From assembly GCA_964605355.1 (NCBI GenBank), contig CAZSCE010000002.1, positions 1-62,659 of the forward strand: a stretch of DNA of 62,659 nucleotides, written 5' to 3'. The position numbers and the translations under genes were made by a program. Position 1 is the first letter of the stretch; every line of letters starts with the position of its first letter. This stretch comes from an uncultured Candidatus Saccharibacteria bacterium. GTDB lineage: Bacteria; Patescibacteriota; Minisyncoccia; Phycocordibacterales; GWA1-40-21. This document shows positions 52,742-60,413 of this stretch, in pieces. The notes beneath the pieces were generated by a model. It worked only from the letters and a program-made list of their open reading frames with translations, was not told the DNA's origin and did not search any database.

Positions 52742-52777
52742 TGAAATTTTATACCATATATGGTAATATAATACCAG
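52741..52777 (+). promoter_or_regulatory. Extended -10 promoter of GC-rich cassette H, overlapping the mnmA start codon
   Basis: TTGAAA (52741-52746), 17 nt, TGg-TAATAT (52761-52769), 6 nt, AG (52776-52777). Confidence 0.55.
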
Positions 52778-52802
52778 AAAGAACAAACAAAGGAGGTGTT
52801 TT

Positions 52803-53012
52803 GTGGCCAAAATTTCTGCAAAGAATGGCCGAACGTATCTCCTCTGCCGTAAATGTCGCAAAAGGAGGTCCTTACCAAAAGTTGTGACCTCACCACCTGG
52901 CTTTTATCCGGTGAAGGAAGTGGAAGAGCAAGCAAGAAAGATTAGATGGATTGCTTCCCTTTTACAACCTGATCTGGATATCTGCGGTAGGTGCAGACGA
53001 ACAGAGGAGTAA
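52803..53012 (+). CDS. Cassette H: 69-aa basic zinc-ribbon-like mini-protein
   Basis: AGGAGG 6 nt upstream of GTG. Two CxxC pairs (CRKC, CGRC). G/C-rich codons. Confidence 0.6.
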   Translation: MAKISAKNGRTYLLCRKCRKRRSLPKVVTSPPGFYPVKEVEEQARKIRWIASLLQPDLDICGRCRRTEE

Positions 53013-53042
53013 GAGCGAGTCCCGTGACTCGCTCTTTTCTTT
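53011..53042 (+). terminator. Intrinsic terminator of cassette H
   Basis: AGAGCGAGTC-CCGT-GACTCGCTCT followed by TTTCTTTT. Abuts the mltG stop codon. Confidence 0.85.
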
Positions 53043-53986
53043 TACATAAATAGTTCCTTATTTTTTAAGTGCTCAGAATAAGTTTTTGCGTAATACATAT
53101 TTCCATTCTTGTCAGTTAAGAAGAATAGATAGTCTGTTTTTATGGGAGTGATTGTTGCCCGAATAGAATCCAAACCAGGATTACAGATAGGAGTAGGCGG
53201 CAAACCTTTATATAAATAACTATTGTAAGGTGAATTAATTTTTAAATCCGCCATGGTTAGGGTGGCAGTAGTTTTACCATTAATATATTTAAATGACGAA
53301 TCAACTTGTAAGGGCATTCCCAAATCAAGTCTCTTCCACAAAATTCCAGCTACGGTTCTTCTAGTTTCCTCTGTTCGCGCCTCCTCCTCAATAATAGAAG
53401 CCATTTTTATAATATCTGATTCTGTTTTATTAAATTTTGAAAGATCATCATCAAGTGCTTGAATTTTTTTATGATAATTACCTATCAACGCATTTACAAT
53501 TTCCACTGGTGATGCATTTGGTAAAAAAAGATATGTATCCGGAAATAAATACCCCTCATCCTTTTGAGCCAAACTTACAAAGGTGGTAGTGCTAACCTTA
53601 GGAAAATTTTCTGATACTAATTTAGATATTTCATACACATTATAACCTTCCGGAATAGTAATCTTTACCGGCACTAAACCAAAATTTCCAGTAGAAAACC
53701 TTTTGGCTAATGTGATTACATTTTCTAGCCGGTTCAAATTATAGTCTCCTGCCATAATTCCCCTGGTGCCGCCATATAACACAGCTACCACTTTAAAAAT
53801 ATAAGGTGATTTTATAATATTATTATTTACAAGATCTGTTGTTAATACATTTAAACCCGTGCCCTCCTTAATGTTGTAAATAGTATTAAGAGGATAATCA
53901 GAGGGTGTTTTTATAGTTTGAAAAAAAATAGTAAAAAATATAATAATTACTATTATAATAGCCGTAATAGTGAATTTCCACTTCAT
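53042..53986 (-). CDS. mltG: Endolytic murein transglycosylase MltG (YceG-like)
   Basis: N-terminal TM anchor. ASIIEEEA, LQVDSS and SPYNSYLYKGLPPTPICNPG motifs. Confidence 0.88.
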   Translation of the reverse strand: MKWKFTITAIIIVIIIFFTIFFQTIKTPSDYPLNTIYNIKEGTGLNVLTTDLVNNNIIKSPYIFKVVAVLYGGTRGIMAGDYNLNRLENVITLAKRFSTGNFGLVPVKITIPEGYNVYEISKLVSENFPKVSTTTFVSLAQKDEGYLFPDTYLFLPNASPVEIVNALIGNYHKKIQALDDDLSKFNKTESDIIKMASIIEEEARTEETRRTVAGILWKRLDLGMPLQVDSSFKYINGKTTATLTMADLKINSPYNSYLYKGLPPTPICNPGLDSIRATITPIKTDYLFFLTDKNGNMYYAKTYSEHLKNKELFM

Positions 53987-53988
53987 AA

Positions 53989-55269
53989 TTAATTCTTAAT
54001 TGGTAAATTGGCCGGTGGCTCAGATTTTTTAGAAGCAATTTTTGTCAGAGTAGGTGTAGCAGAAACATTACCTGGGAAGTGAAATATAGTGGCCAGTTCT
54101 TCTGTATTCAAAATAAAAGGATCCTGTTTATAATGCTGATACGGTGGATAAAAGAATGAACGTAAGCGGTAAGCATTATACATTTCAACTGTTTTCTTTT
54201 CCTTTTTTCTCGCAATAATCGGTTTTAAAAAAGGAAACAGGGTGGCCCAATCCTTAAAATTATCTGAGACATCAGTCCAGATCTTCATTTTCAAGCCATT
54301 TAGGGTATTTGAGTTATATTGACGCATGGCACCGATATAGCCAGAAATATATGCGGGATTAAACACCTCCTTTTCAGCTAAGTAAAAACCCCGAATCATG
54401 GTATAAAAGGCCATTTTACCGTAACTACGCTCAATGGCATTTATGGTCTCTATTTGCCCTTTTGTTGGGTTAGGAAAACCTGGAAATTCTCCCCCGCGAT
54501 CAACAGTTGCTTCCTCTCTAATTTTTTTAATTTCTTCTTCAGCGGCCTCCTTCCAATTAGGCTTTTCATGTAACCGGTGTTCCTTTAAACCTTCCGGGGC
54601 ATGCATTTTAACCAAAATTTGCATCCAGATTTGCTGACCTTTAGTGGCTGAGCCTAAATATTCTAACACCGCGGTCATCGGATCTATTCTATACTCATCC
54701 TTTTGATCCTTATCCATGGCGTAATCAACGTAGGTTTTAATAGGGTAAACATCATCTTTCATTAATTTAAACTGCAAACCCCAAATAATATGCTTTAAGG
54801 GGTTATAATTAAACTGACGAACGTAATCTTTCTCAGGTGGCACCTCGTATATTTCCACTGTAGGATATTGAGCATAAATTTGTGCTTCAAGGATTTTCTT
54901 AAATTTTGGTTCTGATGACCAAATATAAAAATGAATCTGGCCTTCAATAGAAGCTAACTCAAGTGAAAACCAACCACGAACCTTACCGTCAATATAAGCC
55001 TCAGTATATGTAGCAGCTCCGCTGGCTTGCATGGCTCCAAATATAATTTCCATGGCTAATGGAGATTTAACAATGTCCTTGGGAATTTTAATTTCAAATA
55101 AAAAAGACTTTAACTTTGAAATATATTTTAGCTGAATAGAACGAACATACAATAAAACAGCAATATAAATTAGGATAAATGGAAGAACGATGGGGGAAAT
55201 CACAAACAATATCTTATAAATAAGAGGTAATATTTCCGTATTGAATTTTATAAGAAGCTCGAGGAACAT
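53989..55269 (-). CDS. Membrane-anchored hypothetical protein (426 aa)
   Basis: N-terminal hydrophobic hairpin and a large soluble domain. No family recognised. Confidence 0.55.
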   Translation of the reverse strand: MFLELLIKFNTEILPLIYKILFVISPIVLPFILIYIAVLLYVRSIQLKYISKLKSFLFEIKIPKDIVKSPLAMEIIFGAMQASGAATYTEAYIDGKVRGWFSLELASIEGQIHFYIWSSEPKFKKILEAQIYAQYPTVEIYEVPPEKDYVRQFNYNPLKHIIWGLQFKLMKDDVYPIKTYVDYAMDKDQKDEYRIDPMTAVLEYLGSATKGQQIWMQILVKMHAPEGLKEHRLHEKPNWKEAAEEEIKKIREEATVDRGGEFPGFPNPTKGQIETINAIERSYGKMAFYTMIRGFYLAEKEVFNPAYISGYIGAMRQYNSNTLNGLKMKIWTDVSDNFKDWATLFPFLKPIIARKKEKKTVEMYNAYRLRSFFYPPYQHYKQDPFILNTEELATIFHFPGNVSATPTLTKIASKKSEPPANLPIKN

Positions 55270-55302
55270 GTGATATATTTTATCACACTCTTACTTTCTT
55301 GC

Positions 55303-55332
55303 CAAACAAAAAACCCCTTTCGGGGCCAGTTT
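55303..55332 (-). terminator. Probable intrinsic terminator after the 55341 gene
   Basis: On the minus strand: CCCC-GAAA-GGGG followed by UUUUUUGUUU, extended by A/U pairs. Confidence 0.5.
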
Positions 55333-55340
55333 GTTTTGTA

Positions 55341-56375
55341 TTATTTTACAATCTCGTATTTTCCCTCTTTGTTCTTCTTAAAGTATTTTGGATTTTGGAG
55401 GTTGATGACAATGGTATTTTCCTTTACATATCTCTCTTTTAACACCTTGGCTATAACATCAGCCTTGGTCAGTGGACCATTCTTTTCAATGATTTTCTTG
55501 ATCACATCCTTGACTACACCACTCATATAACCCCATTCAGAAAGGGCATATAATCCCCTACCAACAAGGACAAAACGAGGGTCTTTGATTAATTCATTAT
55601 GGGTAGTAGCTACGTGGGCCTTGATTTTAAAGACGTCAGTAATAATTTTAGCTACTTCTCTGAAGTGGATTGGGGAACCGTGCCTTCTGATAATCAAATA
55701 AGCATAGTCACGCATACCTTTAGTGCTAATATTTGAAGACTCTGTTTTGCCCCACTCACCCAAGGTATTTTTACCAATTTTCTTAGAAAGAGATAACCAA
55801 CGTTTAGCAATTTCCTCATTTTTAAATTTCTCAGACACATCTTCTAGGTGATCCAAAAAAGACTTGATGATATCCGGTTCTGAAAGTAAGTCCTCACTTT
55901 TCAATGTGGCATATAACTTTCTCAAGGCCTCGTGAACTTTTTCAGATAAATTTGAGTCAATTAACCAACGGTGTTTAAAATCATCATCTTCCTTTATTTT
56001 GGTAAAGGGATGACCAACAACCAATAGAAAGTTAACATGACTTTGGATTGAAGCATCAGAAGAAACAAAATCTAATAGATCCTGCTCAACCACTATTCCG
56101 CCCAAGGAGTGTATAACTTTTTCTATTTCATCAAAAACAGGTTTAGCATCAAAATATTGCTTGGATTTCCTAATTATAGCCAGGGCGTGGTTCTCAATTT
56201 GTCTGACACGCTCACGAGTAATACCATAGGTTTTGCCAATAGCATCTAGGGTCATAGGCTCGGCATCCTTGCCTAAACCGTATCTCTTGGTCATTACATC
56301 ACGTGATCTCTCACCCAATGCGGCAATTAGTCCCTTGCTGGCCTGTTTTGGTTTAAAATTTATAATTGTTGACAT
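55341..56375 (-). CDS. Sigma-70 region-4-like HTH protein with C-terminal HARE-HTH domain
   Basis: N-terminus MTLDAIGKTYGITRERVRQIENHALAIIRK equals a sigma region 4.2 HTH. C-terminus DYAYLIIRRHGSPIHFREVAKII...LVGRGLYALSEWGY matches the HARE-HTH pattern. Confidence 0.65.
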   Translation of the reverse strand: MSTIINFKPKQASKGLIAALGERSRDVMTKRYGLGKDAEPMTLDAIGKTYGITRERVRQIENHALAIIRKSKQYFDAKPVFDEIEKVIHSLGGIVVEQDLLDFVSSDASIQSHVNFLLVVGHPFTKIKEDDDFKHRWLIDSNLSEKVHEALRKLYATLKSEDLLSEPDIIKSFLDHLEDVSEKFKNEEIAKRWLSLSKKIGKNTLGEWGKTESSNISTKGMRDYAYLIIRRHGSPIHFREVAKIITDVFKIKAHVATTHNELIKDPRFVLVGRGLYALSEWGYMSGVVKDVIKKIIEKNGPLTKADVIAKVLKERYVKENTIVINLQNPKYFKKNKEGKYEIVK

Positions 56376-56419
56376 AAATGTTAATTACCTGTTTTGACTA
56401 ATAATAATGTCTTGGGCCT

Positions 56420-56448
56420 AGTATAGCACCCTTCTTATTTTAAGTCAA
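56420..56448 (-). promoter_or_regulatory. Backbone sigma70-type promoter for the 55341-56375 gene
   Basis: On the minus strand: TTGACT (56448-56443), 17 nt, TATACT (56425-56420). Confidence 0.5.
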
Positions 56449-56451
56449 ACC

Positions 56452-59346
56452 CTAAAGAGTATTGATGATTAGTATTTTTCCCTTAACAAACATTTTACTT
56501 TTTATAGTTTTTCCATCAGTCCATTTCCTGACCTCTGGTAGAGCCAGGGCAATTTCTTCCACTTTTTTCTGGTCTACTCCGGCTGGGGCTTTAAAGTTTG
56601 CTCTTGGTTTTCCATCAATCTGAACCACCACAGTTATTTCCTCGGAAGCAATTTTACTCTCATCAAACTCCGGCCATTTCTCTAGATGAATAGATTTCTT
56701 ATTACCAATGTTTGCCCAAATTTCTTCTGTTATGTGTGGAGCAAAAGGAGCCAGTAATTTAAGGATAATTTCATAATCTGCCTTAGTTAACTCTGACTTT
56801 TCTGCCAAATTAATCAGAATCATAAAAGCGGAAATGGCCGTGTTGAAATTAAAATTCAAAATGTCATCTGTAACTTTCTTTACAGTCTTATTAAGCAAGA
56901 TTTCAAAATTTTCTTTATCAACCTCCCTCAATCCCCCCTTATCCAATGGGGGAAGGTGAGAAGAAATTTTATCCTGCAATTTCCAAACTTTATCCAAAAA
57001 TCTTCTGGATCCCACCATATTATCTGTACTCCAAGCAATTTCCTGGTCAAAAGGTCCCATAAACATTTCGTAAACACGTAAAGTATCTGCCCCCACATTT
57101 TTAACTACATCATCCGGATTTACTACATTACCCCAACGCTTGCTCATCTTGCGTCCGTCAGAACCCAGGATCATACCAAGGCTACGGAGCTTCATAAATG
57201 GTTCCTGATTACTAACCACGCCAATATCAAATAAAAACTTATGCCAAAAACGGGCGTAAATAAGGTGCCTGGTATTATGCTCACCACCACCAACGTATAA
57301 ATCTACCGGTGACCAATACTTTTCCTTTTTCTTATCTACTAATGCTTTCTTGTTTTTTGGATCAATATATCGCAAATAATACCAGGAAGAACCAGCCCAT
57401 TGAGGCATGGTGTTTGTTTCTCTTTTACCCTTACCGCCACATTTAGGGCACTTTACATTTACCCATTTAGTAATTGCCGCCAAAGGTGATTCACCCGTCC
57501 CGGTTGGCTCATAAAACTTCACCTTTGGTAACATTACTGGTAAATCCTTTTCTGGTACACCCACCACCCCGCACTTATCACAGTGAATAAGCGGAATGGG
57601 CTCGCCCCAATAACGCTGTCTAGAAAATACCCAATCTTTTAATTTATAAGTAACCTTTTGTACACCATCAGCCGCATCAGTAATCTTCACCTTTGCCTCC
57701 TCACTATCCATACCATCAAACTCCCCAGAATTAATTAAAATTCCATTACCAATAAAACAATCGGATTCAGATTTATATACCTGCCACATATGTTTAAAGG
57801 CTTCAAGATTAATCCAGCTCTCCATTTTGTCAGCCTCAATCCAGACGGCCTTATGATTTTTTGTATCTTCTTCAGAAACCGCAACCTGCTCGTCATCGAT
57901 TAATTCAAAAAACATTCCTTGCCCTATGCCATATCTATTTTCATCCTTATGGGCGGCAAAAAAATGATTATGCTGTTCACCCCCTAAATTTTTTATGAAT
58001 TTAACATTAATATAACCAGTTTCTTCACGGATCTCTCTTATTGCTGCATCCTTAAAGTCCTCACCTTCATCAAGGCCGCCAATTATCCCGGAATGCCAGC
58101 CGAACTTCTCCCAATCTAAGCACAAGAACTTATTTGTCTTCTTATTCAAGACTAATGCATAAGCAGTAATCCTTTTGACAGTTTTTTTATCAGCACGAAC
58201 TTTATCAGAATCATTTTCAGGTTTTGTAAAATAGGGAGCAATAACCTGCTTGATTGGTAAATTATATTTCTTGGCAAAAGCAAAATCACGCTCATCATGT
58301 GCCGGGACGGCCATCACAGCACCAGTACCATAATTATTTAAAACATAATCCGCAATATAAACTGGCAAGATTTCCTTGGTTAGTGGATGTTTAATTTCTA
58401 CTCCCTCAAGTTTGATTCCTGTTTTTTCTTTATTCTCTGCAGTGCGCTCTATTTCTGTCTTTGCCTTTATGGTCTCACGATATTTTTCTACCTCACTCCA
58501 ATTTTTAATCTGTGATTTTAATATATCTACCAATTTATTTTCCGGTGCTAACACCACATAAGTCACACCCATAAAAGTATCTGCCCGAGTAGTGAAAACG
58601 CGAATTTTCTCCTCAGAATTTTTTATATTAAACCATAATTCCGAACCTTCAGAACGGCCAATCCAGTTTCTCTGGACTTCTTTTACATTTTCCGGCCAAT
58701 CACTTAGTGTATCCAGATCATTTAATAAACGATCAGCGTATTTAGTAATAGCAATCACCCACTGGCGTAAGGGTTTCTTTTCAACCAAGGTGCCACAGCG
58801 TTCACAGTTTGGTCCATCTAAATCTTCATTAGCTAAACCAGTTTTACATGATGGACACCAATTAATAGGCTCATTACTTTCATAAGTAAGACCCTTTTTA
58901 AACATCTGTAAAAAACACCACTGCGTCCATTTATAGTAATTTGGATCCGTAGTATTTACTTCTCGTGACCAGTCATAGTTAAAACCTAAAATACTTGTTT
59001 GCTCCTTATAAATTTTTACATTTTTTACCGTCTGATCAATAGGGTTTGTTTTATTCTTAATAGCATAATTTTCAGCTGGTAAACCAAAAGCGTCCCAGCC
59101 CATAGGGTGAAGCACATTAAAACCATGCATTTTTTTATACCTAGAATAGACATCGGTAGCTACAAAGCCTCTAGGGTGCCCTACATGCAAACCCGCACCA
59201 GAAGGATACGGAAACATATCCAGAATATAAAACTTTTTACCTTTAGTGGTATCTTTTGTTTTATTTATTCCCTTTTTTTCCCAAACCTTCCGCCACTTTG
59301 GCTCAATTTTTAAATGATTATAATCAGCAATTTTTTTATTTTTCAT
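56452..59346 (-). CDS. leuS: Leucine--tRNA ligase carrying an inserted Nudix domain
   Basis: HVGHPRG (HIGH), CP1 editing motifs FTTRADTFMGVTY and GTGAVMAVPAHDERD, and KMSKR (KMSKS). A roughly 160-aa insert (aa 372-530) carries the Nudix box GGLDEGEDFKDAAIREIREETGY. Confidence 0.9.
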   Translation of the reverse strand: MKNKKIADYNHLKIEPKWRKVWEKKGINKTKDTTKGKKFYILDMFPYPSGAGLHVGHPRGFVATDVYSRYKKMHGFNVLHPMGWDAFGLPAENYAIKNKTNPIDQTVKNVKIYKEQTSILGFNYDWSREVNTTDPNYYKWTQWCFLQMFKKGLTYESNEPINWCPSCKTGLANEDLDGPNCERCGTLVEKKPLRQWVIAITKYADRLLNDLDTLSDWPENVKEVQRNWIGRSEGSELWFNIKNSEEKIRVFTTRADTFMGVTYVVLAPENKLVDILKSQIKNWSEVEKYRETIKAKTEIERTAENKEKTGIKLEGVEIKHPLTKEILPVYIADYVLNNYGTGAVMAVPAHDERDFAFAKKYNLPIKQVIAPYFTKPENDSDKVRADKKTVKRITAYALVLNKKTNKFLCLDWEKFGWHSGIIGGLDEGEDFKDAAIREIREETGYINVKFIKNLGGEQHNHFFAAHKDENRYGIGQGMFFELIDDEQVAVSEEDTKNHKAVWIEADKMESWINLEAFKHMWQVYKSESDCFIGNGILINSGEFDGMDSEEAKVKITDAADGVQKVTYKLKDWVFSRQRYWGEPIPLIHCDKCGVVGVPEKDLPVMLPKVKFYEPTGTGESPLAAITKWVNVKCPKCGGKGKRETNTMPQWAGSSWYYLRYIDPKNKKALVDKKKEKYWSPVDLYVGGGEHNTRHLIYARFWHKFLFDIGVVSNQEPFMKLRSLGMILGSDGRKMSKRWGNVVNPDDVVKNVGADTLRVYEMFMGPFDQEIAWSTDNMVGSRRFLDKVWKLQDKISSHLPPLDKGGLREVDKENFEILLNKTVKKVTDDILNFNFNTAISAFMILINLAEKSELTKADYEIILKLLAPFAPHITEEIWANIGNKKSIHLEKWPEFDESKIASEEITVVVQIDGKPRANFKAPAGVDQKKVEEIALALPEVRKWTDGKTIKSKMFVKGKILIINTL

Positions 59347-59362
59347 ACTTCTATCTTACATT

Positions 59363-59395
59363 AAAAAACGCCACCAAGCAAAGGCGGCGTTTCTT
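59363..59395 (-). terminator. Intrinsic terminator after the 59411 gene
   Basis: On the minus strand: AACGCCGCC-loop-GGTGGCGTT followed by TTTTT. Confidence 0.75.
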
Positions 59396-59410
59396 ATAAC
59401 ATAACCTAAT

Positions 59411-60337
59411 CTATACGCCGGGCATGACATTTATCGGTACATTTTCCTCACCGGCCGTCCTTTCAAAACACGCTCGGCCCACACCGTGATTCCAGATGTC
59501 TGGATTAGAAATATAAACAAGACTCAAGTAACCTTCCAAAGAAAACGTGGCACAAATTTTATATGTATTTAGTGAGGAAATATTGTATTCGTAATCCATC
59601 TTTGTCTCAGGATCCTTAATACTGGAAACATAGTAAGTGGTCCCCTGCGTCAAAATATTGAGGCTTGAGGGGAGTATATTATTTGCACGGTAATAATCTG
59701 TCACGGCGTATTGAATACTTGATAAATCATTGACCCTTTGCTGATCAAATCTGATACTTCTCTGTTTTGCTGGTGAGCCAATAGCCATTACTCCAGTAAT
59801 AATTACACCCAGGATTACTAAACAAACAACATAGGCAATATATTTTCTTTTTGGTGTTGGTAAGGTGACATCCCGGCGAAGTTCATATAAGTAAAAACGA
59901 AAGATAGAAAAGGCCACAATAAACATAACCAAAACCTTTAATAAAAACCTTAAAGTTAAATCATCTCCGCCAATAAATCTGTAAACTAGGGTGGAAAGAT
60001 CTACGGCAATAGCTAAGCCGGTTATAAAAAGAGTTAGAAAAAAGAACCAGCGTCTGACCCATAAATCTTTCTTTTCGGGATTAAGAGCTACCGCCTTGGT
60101 ACTAATCCTAGACAAGTAAATATAGGCGGGAAAAAAGATAATAAGCGCCGCCAGCCCAACTCGAATACTATCAGCAGAAAAATCCATACCATTATATGCG
60201 GTGATATCAGGTAACCATTTATTTATTAAATCAAAGGCCACACTGACAAAACTAAATGTGCTAACATATAATCCAATAATTATGCCAAAATAAATAAAAA
60301 AATCTGCGGCCGTTGTTCTTGATTTTGATGGATCCAT
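59411..60337 (-). CDS. DUF5671-like multi-pass membrane protein with C-terminal pilin-like globular domain
   Basis: N-terminal helices (AADFFIYFGIIIGLYV...). C-terminal RFDQQRVNDLSSIQYAVTDYYRANNILPSSL resembles the conserved segment of type IV pilin/pseudopilin domains. Confidence 0.55.
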   Translation of the reverse strand: MDPSKSRTTAADFFIYFGIIIGLYVSTFSFVSVAFDLINKWLPDITAYNGMDFSADSIRVGLAALIIFFPAYIYLSRISTKAVALNPEKKDLWVRRWFFFLTLFITGLAIAVDLSTLVYRFIGGDDLTLRFLLKVLVMFIVAFSIFRFYLYELRRDVTLPTPKRKYIAYVVCLVILGVIITGVMAIGSPAKQRSIRFDQQRVNDLSSIQYAVTDYYRANNILPSSLNILTQGTTYYVSSIKDPETKMDYEYNISSLNTYKICATFSLEGYLSLVYISNPDIWNHGVGRACFERTAGEENVPINVMPGV

Positions 60338-60357
60338 ATATAATTTTGCGAAATTAT

Positions 60358-60385
60358 GTCGCGCAATCGTCCATTAAAGCGCGAC
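60358..60385. other. GC-rich hairpin in an AT-rich intergenic gap
   Basis: GTCGCGC, a 14-nt loop, GCGCGAC. No adjacent U-run. Lies between ychF and the 60337 gene start. Confidence 0.3.
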
Positions 60386-60413
60386 GCTCGAAATAAATCT
60401 AATAAGACCTTAA

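Noticed and set aside
52742-52861. N-terminal extensions in the ORF track: mnmA to 52861, dnaK to 39361, scpB to 32081, the ATP-cone protein to 51650 and the 99-aa ORF to 39785.
   Set aside because: In each case the conserved protein N-terminus begins at an internal ATG ([41 protein letters not shown]). The extension also runs across a promoter, a structured element or the neighbouring gene.
2288-53042. Assembly chimerism (contaminating high-GC reads) as an explanation for the GC-rich patches.
   Set aside because: Each patch starts after an AT-rich host-style promoter and ends in a terminator that abuts or overlaps host stop or start codons (for example 53042, 17461-17465, 52741). The flanking housekeeping genes are intact on both sides. 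Random chimeric joins would not respect gene boundaries eight times. Read mapping is still advisable.
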